NCBI GenBank assembly: GCA_043228905.1
Contig: JBHGNT010000006.1
Coordinates: 16,554,001 to 16,618,000 of the forward strand
Reading direction: 5' to 3'
DNA length: 64,000 bases
Source: Azolla caroliniana
Lineage: Eukaryota; Plantae; Polypodiophyta
In this document: positions 1-11,039 of the stretch, in pieces
Layout: every line of letters starts with the position of its first letter
How positions within the stretch are numbered: position 1 is the first letter of the stretch
Translations under genes and position numbers: made by a program
The notes under the pieces: model-generated
Databases searched by the model: none
What the model saw: the letters and a program-made list of their open reading frames with translations, nothing else
Told to the model about the DNA's origin: nothing

Positions 1-8
1 CCCTCACA

Positions 9-19
9 CTCTGATACCA
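9..19 (-). promoter_or_regulatory. Primer-binding site (tRNA-iMet) of a copia family A element continuing left of the window
   Basis: Reverse complement is TGGTATCAGAG, directly abutting the LTR end at 20. Confidence 0.85.
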
Positions 20-413
20 TGTAAAAAGCAACGTGCAGAAGCAAGTATGAAGACCGAACAGAAGGAAGGAAACTCAGGTTTAATGGAGAGCTTGAGCTTA
101 CACGGTATACGCGGGAGAGATAGAGAGAGTGAGAGAGAAGACACAAAAAACTATATTCAACAATAATACTCAATCTGTACATAAGACGTGCTCAGTGAAC
201 ACTTTTATACAAGCCCTAGAAGGACTAACCGAAGTACTGACAGTACTTCAATGCTCATCAAGAGCTCCTACACTAACTCCCAAATATATTCCTTACGGAA
301 TATCTTTCCTAACGACCTCCCGGTTTACGCACTCGGCCGAGCCGATTGGTCCCAACCGATCCAGTCCTCGGCTTCTTCAGCCGAACCGGCCGATGTTGAG
401 CTTGTCTGTCAAC
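20..413 (-). repeat. 5' LTR of a copia family A element
   Basis: Closely matches the LTRs at 50990-51442 and 56277-56723 (tgtaaa...gatgttgagcttgtct), with an adjacent iMet PBS. Confidence 0.85.
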
Positions 414-583
414 TGACTCCTTCCAAGTTGTATTCATCCGAGTGTGAACTCATCAATAAGTTAGGTCTTAGTATATAAGCGAATACCTATCATTGTATAG
501 AGTGACGAGTGACAGAGAAACAAAGTTTTCAGAACCAACAACAGATCCATACACATTTCCGCAAATCGCACTCGTTACCGACA
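414..583. repeat. Probable fragment of another LTR inserted into the old Tork-like integrase
   Basis: Integrase homology stops abruptly after LKVFG at 584. The segment ends in ...gttaccgaca, which resembles an LTR terminus. No second copy is present in the window. Confidence 0.35.
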
Positions 584-1235
584 AACCGAACACCTTTAGA
601 TGCCGGTAAGAAACATCTTTACCAGTCCATACTGTCTGTGGTGTGTCTGCGTCCAAGGGTGCTAAGGGTGATCTATTTAGCACGTACGTCTTTGTCATCA
701 GCGCCTCAACCCAAAACTTCTTGGACAACTTAACATGTGCAAGCATACTCTTGACACTCTCCATTACGGTCGAGTTCATTCTCTCGGCTAGTCCGTTCAG
801 CTCCGGTGTCTTCGGCACGGTGAATTTGAGTTGGTTTCCCTTCGACTGACAATACTCCTCGAACTGCCCTCGCTATTCGCCTCCGTTGTCCACTCGAACC
901 ACCTTCAACTTCTAGCCGGTTCTCTTTCTACTCTTCCATTGAACTCCTTGAAGACAGGCAATACCTGGTCCTTTCTCTTCAATGTGGATACCCACAACTT
1001 CTGGTTATGGTCATCTATGAACATCATGACGTACTGTGAGCCAACATGTGAATTTGTGTCCACTGAGCATACATCGGTATGCACAAGTTCCTGTGGTGCT
1101 TTCCGTCTCATCAGCGGTGTCGACCGGAAAGAGGTTCGGTTCTACTTGCCGACCAAGCAATCAATGCACTTCTCAAGTTGCACGTTCTTTACCCCTGGAA
1201 TGAGGTTGTCATCGGCAAGTCTTCTCATCCCTTTC
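584..1235 (-). pseudogene. Degenerate copia integrase core (old Tork-like host)
   Basis: Translations ELVHTDVC...FIDDH and PKTPELNGLAERMN...LKVFG, broken by stops and frameshifts. Confidence 0.85.
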
Positions 1236-1628
1236 TGTAAAAGGTAACATGCGGAAGCTTTGACAAACCGGTTTATCCGGATAGCAACATAAGATAGAGA
1301 ATGAAGGTTTAATGGAAGCTTAAGAACAGAGAATATACAGGAGAGATAGAGAGAGAAGAAAGCATAAACTCAATTCAAAATAATAACACTCTGTACATAG
1401 GATGTGCTCAGTGAGTACCCTTTATACAAGTTCACAATGGACTAACAGAAGTACTATGTACTTCAATGCTTAGACGATTGGCTGACACTAACTACGAGGA
1501 CCATGACTACCTAGTAGTCTAGAAGCGTAGACCTCTAAATGGCCTACCGGTACACACGTGGCTCTGGCTTATCCAGTCGAGCCATATCCAATTCAGCTTG
1601 CTCACTCAACACTCCCCCTCAAGCTCAA
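1161..1628. repeat. Copy 1 of a 468-bp direct duplication flanking the Athila-like element (copy 2 at 16633-17100)
   Basis: Both copies are the same length with about 9 substitutions. The unit spans host integrase sequence, the whole family C 3' LTR and its PPT. Confidence 0.9.
1236..1611 (-). repeat. 3' LTR of copia family C
   Basis: TG...CA termini, adjacent PPT (ctccccctcaa), homologous to 28888-29314. Confidence 0.9.
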
Positions 1629-2063
1629 TGTTAACTCTTAGGGCCGGACAATGGCCTAACACAGGGTGTCTACGGAAGACACTTTACCAAAGGGTGTTAC
1701 GGCAACCGGATTAGACTCAACGCTTAATCCGACTTAATTAAGTTACTTAGTATGATCGTCTTTCCTAATCACACGCATAAGATATAACAATTAAGGCAGA
1801 ACGGAAATTAACACAGAGAGATAACAACGCTAAGCTTTTATTAATTAACCGCTATTCATTACATTGTATCCGGGCCTTTAAATAGGTTTCCGGTCTGTAT
1901 TACAAAACGGTGCCATCCGCACCTGTTCGGGATCGGTCCGGATCCGGAACGGCATACCGATTCCGGTCCGTCCGTCCACACTCATAGTTTAATTACAACC
2001 ACATTCCTACTACTTAAATAACTCTCCGTTTCCCACTCTGGACTCCTTTGCCGGCCGGTGACA
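1629..2063 (-). repeat. 3' LTR of the Athila-like element
   Basis: Termini tgttaac...ggtgaca. On the minus strand, TATA-like cctatttaaagg is followed about 35 nt later by aataaa, the same orientation as the ORFs. Confidence 0.9.
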
Positions 2064-2065
2064 CA

Positions 2066-2110
2066 TGGCACGCCCGTGGGACAGTACCTTGTACGTCGAA
2101 TCCACAACCG
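2066..2110 (-). other. tRNA-Arg 3'-end-like sequence occupying the PPT position (putative second, plus-strand primer site)
   Basis: Minus strand reads CGGTTGTGGATTCGA-[13 nt]-GTCCCACGGGCGTGCCA-TG-LTR. No purine tract is present. Confidence 0.7.
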
Positions 2111-2117
2111 ACCCTTG

Positions 2118-4028
2118 CTATTCTTCGTCCAAAATATCTAGAATGCTTTGTTCGAGAGTCTCCAATGGTTCATCTGGAATTGGTTGTTGTTGTTGTTGTT
2201 GCTGTTGCTGCTCTGTTGACGTCTGCTGCGACGGGTCCGTTGATGGCTGCTGCTGGTGCTCCTCCGTTTGTTGCTCTGACACCGGTGTCTCCGTCGTTGC
2301 TCCCTTCGTCGTAGTGGTCTCCAGTTGACTGGTTCCGGGCTGGCCCTCAGCCGGCGACGATTCCTCATCACTAAGGTTAACCATTGCCGCTTCCCGTGCT
2401 TTTTCTTCTTGAACCCGGAACCGCTCGTAGCTTTCAAACTGGATTTGAGCGTCCAGCCTATCATTGTCTAGCTGAGCTACGAGCTGCCTGACCTGCGCCA
2501 GCTGTTCATCCGCCAGGACTTGGAAGTCGTCGGCCAGCTCGTCCCGTATGGCGGTGAAGTCCTCGGAAGTCAACGTATAACAATCATCTCCTTCCTTCCG
2601 CCGGTTTGCCACGTCTGCCCGTAGCAACTGGAGTTCCGCAGCATTTTGTGCCCACTTTGTCCACCATCTTACGGAGCTTTCATCAATCAAGTGTTTTGTC
2701 TGATTCAGCCATGCCCAGAGGATGGACTGAATCCGGCCCGTTCCTAATTGCGATTTGGTTTCCGCCGCTTGCCGTTCCTCCTTCAGTTGCTTGATGATTT
2801 TTACGTTGTCTTCCACCTGCGCCTTGTAATGCGTCAATTGGCTTTGATATGTGCTTTGTAATTTCTGCAATACTGTTCACGCTCTCTCTTTTTCTTCCTG
2901 CTGCTGCCTCTAGAGCTCCATCCGGACCTTCTCCGCCTCGTCCAAGCGTCTTGTATTTTCCGCACGTTCGTCGGCGATCGCCGTCGCGGCCCGATCAACT
3001 TCCTGCTAGAGCTCGGCCATCCGTTCCTTATGCTCCGTTTCCAGCCGTTTGTAGTCCCGGTGCAAGTGCTCAAAATCATCTGTCTTTTGCTTGAGCCGTG
3101 CGTTGATCTGTCGACGGGCCCGGTCCTCGCGGTCCTTCTGCTGGCGGAGCTCTTCCTTTAGCAGTTCAATTTCTGTTTCTGCCGTCTTCCGCAGCTTGTC
3201 CTTTTCCTACAACACTTTGTCTTTTTCCTCCTTTAGCCGGTCGTACGCTTGATGGTCTTTCCGGAGACTCTCCTCTGCCCGGCGAAGGTTCTCAGCAGTC
3301 TTCTTTAATTCGGCTTCTGCCGCTGTCTTCAATTCCCGTTCACGGCTCCTTAGCGCTTCTTGTGCGGCAAGTTCATCTCTCAATTCCGCAAGCTCCTGGG
3401 CCTGCGCCGCATCTCTCGCCGGAACGGTTTCTGTTGCCGGGGTCTTATTGGTATGTACAGGTCGATCCGTTTCTTTATTCTGTACACTTACCGGAGTCAC
3501 CGATGATTGGATCTGTGTTGCCGTTATGGCCATTTTGGCCAACTCTGTCGTGACCTGATCCAAGTCTTTTTCAAGGCACCGGATTCTGGACCAGGCCGTC
3601 TCTAGTTGTTCGGTTGTGATGAGCAACCGTTCGCTTTGCGCTCTTTCTTCCGCCTCAATATACCCCACTGCTCTGGCTATCTGTTCGCCTATCCACCGGA
3701 GCCACAGGCTACCGGGGCCTTGTTGTGCTTGCATGGAGGTTTGACAAATGGGCTCACTTGTAGATGGGTGGTCCCGCCTGGTTGCGTCGAGTTGCAGTTC
3801 CGTTTCTGCCCGTGGACCACCCTGCTGTTCTGGTTCCCCTTGCGCTTCTTCTTGGCTGGCGGAGGGAGGCTGCATTGACCTTTCCGGCTCTGGTGGGATG
3901 GGACCTGCCGGTGTTGCCGGTGGTGTCGGGACTTCTGATTCCAGTGCCATGCGCACCGGTTCCGGTTCCTTCCTTGGCGTGGGAGGCTCAGTATGGGGAG
4001 CCGGTGTTCCCTCCGTTTGAGGGTCCAA
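2118..4028 (-). pseudogene. Extra 3' ORF of the Athila-like element (Pro/Glu-rich then coiled-coil, poly-Q tail), broken into 3207-4028 and 2118-2870
   Basis: Long E/K/R/A-rich heptad-like ORFs between the integrase and the 3' LTR. A similar coiled-coil remnant lies at 46380-47750. Confidence 0.65.
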
Positions 4029-4227
4029 ACGTTTCCCGGTTGCCTCAACGGTCCTTGCCGACGACCGTCGCTGGAGGTGCTACGTCAACTCCTCCTCTAT
4101 TTCCTCTTCCTGAGTCTCGGCATTGACTTTTGCGGCCAAGGGGTTCGCTTCTCTATTCACCGGTCGGCGGAGTGTAACCTTTACGGGCCGTGCCGGTGGT
4201 TCCTCTTGCGCATCCGTTGGCCGCCTG

Positions 4228-7140
4228 TTATGCATCCGCCGCCTTTCCCTTAGTGGCCTTAGAGGCCAACAACTGTTGTCGTTTGGAAGCCGTCTTTGGG
4301 GTGCCGTCCGCCATTCTTCCTCGCTTCTTGGGCTGGACAGGCTGGACGAGTGGCACAAGCAAGGTGAGCCACTGCATTACGGCGTGCCATATCCTCCGTC
4401 CGTCTCGGCCTTCTTTGCCGTCTTTGCCTCTGACGATCTTGATCGCCACACACAACCCGTCTGCGATCAATACCGGCCAATCCACCTTGATGCCTTCATA
4501 GGTGGTGATGACCATCCATGCCCGGTTCTGCGGCATGACGGGGGGTCTAGGGTACACGTGGCTGTATTCGTGGAGCACACGAGCAATCTCACGGAACAAC
4601 ATATCTCCGCCGCCCTGTGTCCGGTAGCCCTTGCTGGCTAGAGAGTACTCACCAAAATACCTGATGAGTTTCTCCGGGGTTGGATTGTCAATCGTGAGTA
4701 TGCCTCCCTCCGGAAGGCCTGTTAACGCTCGAATCACCTCTGTCGTTATGACCTCTGCTCTTGGACCCTTACCGGCCTCATTCTCCCCAGTTACCGGCTT
4801 GCCGTCTCCGCTGTCTTGGTGGTTGCCGTTTCCCTCACTGGTGTCGGTCCTTTGCTCAAATGGGTTCTTAGGCATCGGTCCTCTATATGGCTTCAATCGG
4901 AATCCGTTGACCCATTTGCCTAGCACTTCGCCGGCAAGTCTCCCTAACTGGTAAGACCCATTATACTCACGTGTTAGCCAATATGGTCCGGTCCATCTAA
5001 ACCGTAGTTTACCCGGCATCTTGCCCATCCGAGTCTGAAAGACTAACACCGGTTTGCCAATTGTGAACATTTTTTCGTTTCCTTTCCTATGCCGGTCGAC
5101 AAATGCTTTCCGTCGCCGTTGCTCCAATTCTAAGTGCAGGATGTTGGCCAGTCGTTGTTCCTCGAGTTCACACAACACTGTTAACCATATTGCCTCTGAC
5201 TCCTTCTCGTTCAGCCGTTCCCGTAGCTGGATCCGTAAGCTGGGTACTTGGAATTCCACCGGCATTACCGCCTCTAGTTCGAACGCTAACCGGAACGGTG
5301 TTGTTCGGATGCTCGTCTTGTATGCCGTCCGGTATGCCCAAAGCGCGCTATGTAGCTTGGTATCCCAATCCGTTCGGTTTTCGTTGACGATCTTCCAGAG
5401 GATATTCCGGAGCGTCTTCTTCGTTGATTCCACTAAACCGTTTGCTTGCGGATAGTAAGGTGTGCTCCGTTTGTGGACAACGGCATAGAATGTCGTCAAG
5501 CTTTCCACTACTTGGCCGAGAAAGTGCCCCCCTTGGTCACTTATTAATTCAATTGGGCATCCGTAACGGCACCAGATGTACTCGTATAGAAATTTCGCCA
5601 GTGACGCAGCGGTGTTGTCCCTTAAAGCTTTGGCCTCCACCCATTTCGTGCAGTAATCCGTTGCGACGATGACATACCGATTACCTGTTCTCATTGCCGG
5701 TGGCTTGAACGGTCCTACAAAGTCCAGCCCCCACTTCTGGAATGGCTCGAGTGGTAGTACCGGCTGGTGTGGCATACGAGCCTGCTCCGTTGGTTGGCCC
5801 ATTCGCTGGCATAGGTCACATTCTTTTGCGTACCGTACCACATCTCTTAATGTCGTTGGCCACCATAGGCCACTTTGCCATATTTTCCTGGCCGTCGCAT
5901 CTCCGGCATAGTGACCTCCGGCAACTCCGCAGTGGGCTTCCCTCAGTATCAGTTCCTTTTCATCGCTGCGCACCGCCTGTCTCCATATGCCGTCCGCGCC
6001 CTCGTGGTACAGTGTGTCTTGCAGTAAGCAGAAATGTCGGCTTTGCACCGCCAAGCGTTTCCGTTCGTCCCGGTTCATCTCTTCCGGAGGCAGTCCTGTG
6101 CTCAAAAAGTGGTGCATATTTGTGAGCCACTTGTCTTCCTGGGCCACCGTCTCATCTGCTGCCCTCTCCGTAGTGACTCGAAACAGCTCCGCATCCGGAA
6201 ACTCATCCGCTACTCCGTCACCCGTCTCTCCGGACTCTAATCGGCTTAAGTAATCCGCCACGGCATGCTGTATACTGGGTCGGTGGAATATTTCAAACTC
6301 GAATTCTTGTAACAGTAAGGTCCACCGGGCCAATTTGCCGGTGAGTGACGCTTTGGACACCAGGTAAAGGAGTGCCAAATGATCTACATGGAAGGAAAAC
6401 TTCCTTCCCAATAAATAATGCCGAAACTTTGTCACACTGTAGATCATCCCTAGAGCTTCCCGTTCCGTGGTAGAGTAGTTCCGTTCTGCTTGGGATAGCT
6501 TTCGGCTGGCATAGTACACTGGCCGGTACCACTTTGGTTCCGTAAGCTGCATCAGTACGCTTCCGAATTCTTGTAACAGTAAGGTCCACCGGGCCAATTT
6601 GCCGGTGAGTGACGCTTTGGACACCAGGTAAAGGAGTGCCGAATGATCTACATGGAAGGAAAACTTCCTTCCCAATAAATAATGCCGAAACTTTGTCGCA
6701 CTGTAGATCATCCCTAGAGCTTCCCGTTCCGTGGTAGAGTAGTTCCGTTCTGCTTGGGATAGCTTTCGGCTGGCATAGTACACTGGCCGGTACCACTTTG
6801 GTTCCGTAAGCTGCATCAGTACGCTTCCGATTGCGATGTCGGAAGCGTCCACGAAAACGTGAAATTCTTTACTCCAATCCGGAGGCTGCATTACCGGTGC
6901 TTGCGACAATAGTACCTTGAGGACCCTATACGCCCTATCCTCGGTGTCGGTCCACTGGAATGGTGTCCGATATACGGCGGCATGCAACGGTGTAGCCAGG
7001 TCGGCCAAGTATCGGAGCATCCGGCTGTGCCACCGGATCTGGCCTAAGAACCGGCTTAATGCCTTTGTCGTTGCCGGCGCCGGTGCTTCTAATATGGCTT
7101 TCACTTTGTCCGGGTCAATTGCAATACCTTCCTGGCTCAC
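4228..7140 (-). CDS. Pol fragment (RT thumb, RNase H with internal 88-aa duplication, integrase, fused extra domain), 970 aa
   Basis: DASDIAIG (RNase H), HCGVAGGH...CDLC (INT zinc finger), WGLDFVGP...ISDQG...PQANG (core), WTGPY. Confidence 0.9.
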   Translation of the reverse strand: MSQEGIAIDPDKVKAILEAPAPATTKALSRFLGQIRWHSRMLRYLADLATPLHAAVYRTPFQWTDTEDRAYRVLKVLLSQAPVMQPPDWSKEFHVFVDASDIAIGSVLMQLTEPKWYRPVYYASRKLSQAERNYSTTEREALGMIYSATKFRHYLLGRKFSFHVDHSALLYLVSKASLTGKLARWTLLLQEFGSVLMQLTEPKWYRPVYYASRKLSQAERNYSTTEREALGMIYSVTKFRHYLLGRKFSFHVDHLALLYLVSKASLTGKLARWTLLLQEFEFEIFHRPSIQHAVADYLSRLESGETGDGVADEFPDAELFRVTTERAADETVAQEDKWLTNMHHFLSTGLPPEEMNRDERKRLAVQSRHFCLLQDTLYHEGADGIWRQAVRSDEKELILREAHCGVAGGHYAGDATARKIWQSGLWWPTTLRDVVRYAKECDLCQRMGQPTEQARMPHQPVLPLEPFQKWGLDFVGPFKPPAMRTGNRYVIVATDYCTKWVEAKALRDNTAASLAKFLYEYIWCRYGCPIELISDQGGHFLGQVVESLTTFYAVVHKRSTPYYPQANGLVESTKKTLRNILWKIVNENRTDWDTKLHSALWAYRTAYKTSIRTTPFRLAFELEAVMPVEFQVPSLRIQLRERLNEKESEAIWLTVLCELEEQRLANILHLELEQRRRKAFVDRHRKGNEKMFTIGKPVLVFQTRMGKMPGKLRFRWTGPYWLTREYNGSYQLGRLAGEVLGKWVNGFRLKPYRGPMPKNPFEQRTDTSEGNGNHQDSGDGKPVTGENEAGKGPRAEVITTEVIRALTGLPEGGILTIDNPTPEKLIRYFGEYSLASKGYRTQGGGDMLFREIARVLHEYSHVYPRPPVMPQNRAWMVITTYEGIKVDWPVLIADGLCVAIKIVRGKDGKEGRDGRRIWHAVMQWLTLLVPLVQPVQPKKRGRMADGTPKTASKRQQLLASKATKGKAADA
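6300..6830. repeat. 264-bp in-frame tandem duplication in RNase H
   Basis: 6300-6566 repeats as 6564-6830 with 2 substitutions and cga microhomology at the junction. Confidence 0.95.
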
Positions 7141-8600
7141 AATATGTCCTAATAGAAATCCACTGGATACGCCACACTTTGCCGGATTCTAGCTTAGCCA
7201 GTACGTTCTACACTTTTCTAGACAAAGACGGAGGTGCTGAAAATGGTCCTCCTCCTGGCTATAGACGGCGAAATCGACAAGGAAAACCTGCATAAAAGCC
7301 AGAATATATTCACCAAAAATTTCCATGATGATTCGTTGAAATGTTGCCGGAGCCGTTTTGAGTCCGAACATCATCACCACGGCCACAAACACCCCCCATT
7401 CGGTGACGAAAGTCGTTTTCTCTTGGTCGTCGGGGTGCATCTGGATCTGATTATACCCGCTGAATCCGTCTAGGAAGCTATAGACCTCATGGCCGGCGAC
7501 GACATCCAACACTCCATCTGTGAAGGGAAGTGGAAACGCATCCGTTACCGTAGCTGAATTGAGTTTCCGGTAGTCCACACAAACTCAAATTTTTCCGTTC
7601 TTCTTCGGTACGACTACGATCGGGCTCAGCCATGTCACTTTCTTTACCGGACGGATAAAGCCAACTCTTAGCAATTTGTTGATTTCCTCCTTGACTTTGG
7701 CGGCATAATTAGGATTCATTCGGTACCGTCTTTGTGCCACTGGTTTTGCGTCCTTGCTCAAGTGGACCTGATGCTGGTATAACTGAGGGTCGAGTCCTCG
7801 CATGTCTTCGTATCACCAGGCGAACACATCGCGAAATTCCGTGAGAAGTGTGATCATCACCGTTTTGTCTTCGAACTTCATCTCCTTGGTAATGTGCACC
7901 GGTTTTGCTTCTTCCGTGGTCCCTAGGTTCACCTCTTCCAGTTGCGACACTTTTACGCGCTGTGAAACGGCCATTTCCCGTTCCAACGCTTCCTGCGCTT
8001 GCCGTAACTCCCGGATTGCGTCTTTATCCGGTTCTGCTTCAGCCTCTTCCGGTTGCGGTAAGTATGGTGCTACTGCTTCGGCAATGTCAATCGCGAAGAG
8101 GGGTATGATCTTCGGGTTTTCCTGCAAGTACTGAGCTTCTTCTTCGTCAGCTAACCCTTCTAGCACGTTGACGCATTCCGCATACAACGGTGTACATTCC
8201 TTGCCAGTGCTCGTCCTTGGCTGTGTTGGTACCCATACCTTGGCTTTTCCTCGCCGGAAGGTAATTATATTTTTCCTCCAGTTCTGTTTGATATGTGCCG
8301 TTTTCAACCATGGCCGCCCCAGCAATAGCGGGTATGCGCCTTGTGCCTGTAATTGTAGCACTACTGTCGAGATGTGAAATGTATGCCCGTCAACGGTGAC
8401 TTCTAATTTCCGTATTAATCCTGTCCGCCGCACTGAGCTTGTATCGGCCATCCGCAACCAGAACGGACACGGCTCCCACTCGTGGATTCCTAGGGCCTCA
8501 GTCTATAACTGTGCCGGGGAGTTCTTTCCCTTTTACAATGGCCGTGATTACCGGACTGCTGGTGTCCACCACCGTTGGTCCCTCCTCCGGATTCGAGAAG
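7141..8600 (-). pseudogene. Protease and reverse transcriptase of the Athila-like element (frameshifted, with stops)
   Basis: GTVID, YPLLLGRPWL, WLSPIVVVPKKNGK, DYRKLN...FLDGFSGYNQI...MMFGLKTAPATFQR. Confidence 0.9.
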
Positions 8601-10593
8601 AGTACCGGTGCCGGTGATGGTTCTCCTGCCGTCATGGCCGTCTTCAGTCCTTCCGTGAATCTTGGCACGATTTGTAGGAGTCTTCCTAGTGGCAACGTAA
8701 TCTGGCATTCTTGCAACGCCTGCCATGTCTCGTTCTCGGAGTGACTATCACTGGCAAGCCCTACGGTGTTCTCCTTTTGCCGCTCTAAGTCTGTGACATT
8801 CTGCTCGTTTGCTTTCTTTACCCATTCCGTTGCTTGTTTCCGGATGGTCTCCTGCGTCTCCCATTCCTTGGCCATGCCCTTCAACCTTGTGGTCACCTGC
8901 TGCAAATCTGCCACCTCAGGGACTACCATATTTACTGCCGGTCGTTTTTCATAGCTCTGCACCGGGCATTGGTTACTATAATGGCCTTCCTGTCGGCAGT
9001 AGTAGCAGTAGGCCTTCCGGGTATTGCTGGATTCAGCATTGTCTGTTGTACCCGGAGCAGGTCCTGCGGTACGCGCGGGGTTTTGGACCGGTAGGCTGCT
9101 TGGAGCTCCTTGTTCCGGATCTCGTGGGTAGCTGCCTTTTTTTAAATGCCGTTTTTCGTTATAGCTCTTCTTATTGCGGTACTCTTGACGGGTTTGCCCG
9201 TTATATCTGCCATATTCCTCCCGTTGCTGACGATACCCGGGGGAGTGCTCCCGGTCGTAATGTTCGTATCGTCTATTGTAATCCAGGTACCGATCATGCC
9301 GGTCATAGTTATCCCGCCGATCACCGTACCAGACATCATTCTCCCGTCGATCGCCATACCGGACATCCTGTGCCGGTTGGTCACGGTCCATTCACCGCCA
9401 GCGTTCCTCTTCTTCATCCCGGCTGCTGCGTGGCTCAATTTGTCGGACGGGCGGTGCTTGCCGGTTCAATAGATTATACTCGTACCTATCCGTCGTATGG
9501 CTCTTGGATTGACAGATTACACATTGCGTCCTCATAGTGCATTCTAGAACCGAGTGTCCGGAATTCAAGCAAGTTGTGCACTGTATTGCTTGCCGAAACC
9601 GGAGGTCTTCATCGAACGGTAACGCCCGTTGGAGTGCTCCCAGTGTGAGCCAGGAGCTTGTCTTTTCCATCTCTCTCACCCGGTCAATGACCTGGTCGAT
9701 TGTACTTGTACGGAAGTCAATTACCGTGCAAACCGTGCGTAGGGGTTCCCGGAGCGCGTTTAGGAATATAGTCCGTAATTCCTCCTCCGGAGGTGCACGG
9801 GTAAGTTGACTATGCATCCGTTGAAACTGGATGACAAATTGGGGAATGCTCTCCCCTGCCTGCTGTCGGATGGTATAAAATAAGCCTACCATTACGGTCT
9901 GGTCCACCTCCTTTTGAAAAAATGCAAGAATTTAGCTTTTAAATCTGCAAAGGTGTTGATGGTAGACGGGTCCTGCGTCCGGCGCCATCTTGCTGCCGGT
10001 CCCTCCAATGTGACGCCAAATTCCGCTATCTTAGAGCGTTCTTCTTCCTCTGGGGTAAATCGCTGGGACACATGGTTGGCTTCCCATGTCTGTTCAAAGG
10101 CGTGCACATGAGCTTCCACGTCCGGATCATCTCTATACTTGGAGTACTGGAACGGCATGTCGTCGTCTGGTATCGGTGCGCGGGCTGGCAGTGTTGGTGC
10201 TCGTTCCGGAATTTTCTCCGGCGTCGGTGGTCTTTCCCGATTTGTTTCCGGTGTTGGTGGTTTTTCCTCTTCTTTTGGTGACGGAGGCCTCTCCTCTTCG
10301 ACTTCCGGTGTCGGAGGTCGCTCTTCCTCTGTTGGTTCTGGGGGTTCCAACGTTAGCACTTCCGGTTCCGGTGTCGGTAAGGTATCCGATCCTTCGTCCT
10401 CCGGTCCGCTCGGGGTTTCGTTGCTGCTACGGTAGTTCGTGTGCACGCTGTATTCCCCTTCGGAGTCCGATTCATATGCTGAAAAGGCTTCTGCTTCGCC
10501 TTCTCCGTTTACCAACGCGTGGAGAAGGGATTCGGTTTCCCGGAGGCTGCTTAGGCTGCTGCCGTGGTCAGGGTGCGATGTTTGCTGTAACAA
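8498..10593 (-). pseudogene. Gag of the Athila-like element (three ORF pieces) with CCHC knuckles and an Arg/Asp/Tyr-rich tract
   Basis: Retrotransposon gag motif TLEGPAARW...FADLKAKFL; knuckles CTTCLNSGHSVLEC and CYYCRQEGHYSNQC. Confidence 0.85.
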
Positions 10594-10780
10594 GAGGGAG
10601 TCCTCCGCTACTCTCCGGATTACGTTGGAAAACGAGTGATCCGCTCTAATTTCCTGCGCCGCTTGCTGGAAACCTCACGTCTCCTTTGCCTTTCGGCAAG
10701 GCGTCGAGTTCGATCTGTAACCAGGTCGTGCGTTGATCTAGACATCCATCCGTGCCATCGTTCGCTGCAAAAACAAGAAT

Positions 10781-10791
10781 CGTGGTCGCCA
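10781..10791 (-). promoter_or_regulatory. Primer-binding site of the Athila-like element (TGGCGACCACG, tRNA-Arg-like)
   Basis: Lies 7 nt inside the 5' LTR end in a tttTGGCG context. It resembles the complement of a plant tRNA-Arg(TCG) 3' end (recalled, not searched). Confidence 0.65.
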
Positions 10792-11039
10792 AAAACTGTG
10801 TTAACTCTTAGGGCCGGACAATGGCCTAACACAGGGTGTCTACGGAAGACACTTCACCAAAGGGTGTTACGGCAACCGGATTAGACTCAACGCTTAATAC
10901 GACTTAATTAAGTTACTTAGCATGATCGTCTTTCCTAGTCACACGCGTAAGATATTGTTGGGATTTCGGTCCCTTCGGATGGGATGTCCGGAGATGAATG
11001 ACGGCAAGCCCGGTTGCGGTTACGGAACCGGAGGATGAA

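Noticed and set aside
129-478. Recurring short ORFs in LTRs (also 11050-11428, 30355-30735, 51017-51464, 56386-56721)
   Set aside because: They recur only because the LTRs are repeated, and show no domain or coding signal.
2065-2328. Cys-rich metallothionein-like ORF on the + strand
   Set aside because: It is the antisense reading of the poly-Q/CAA-rich tail of the minus-strand extra ORF.
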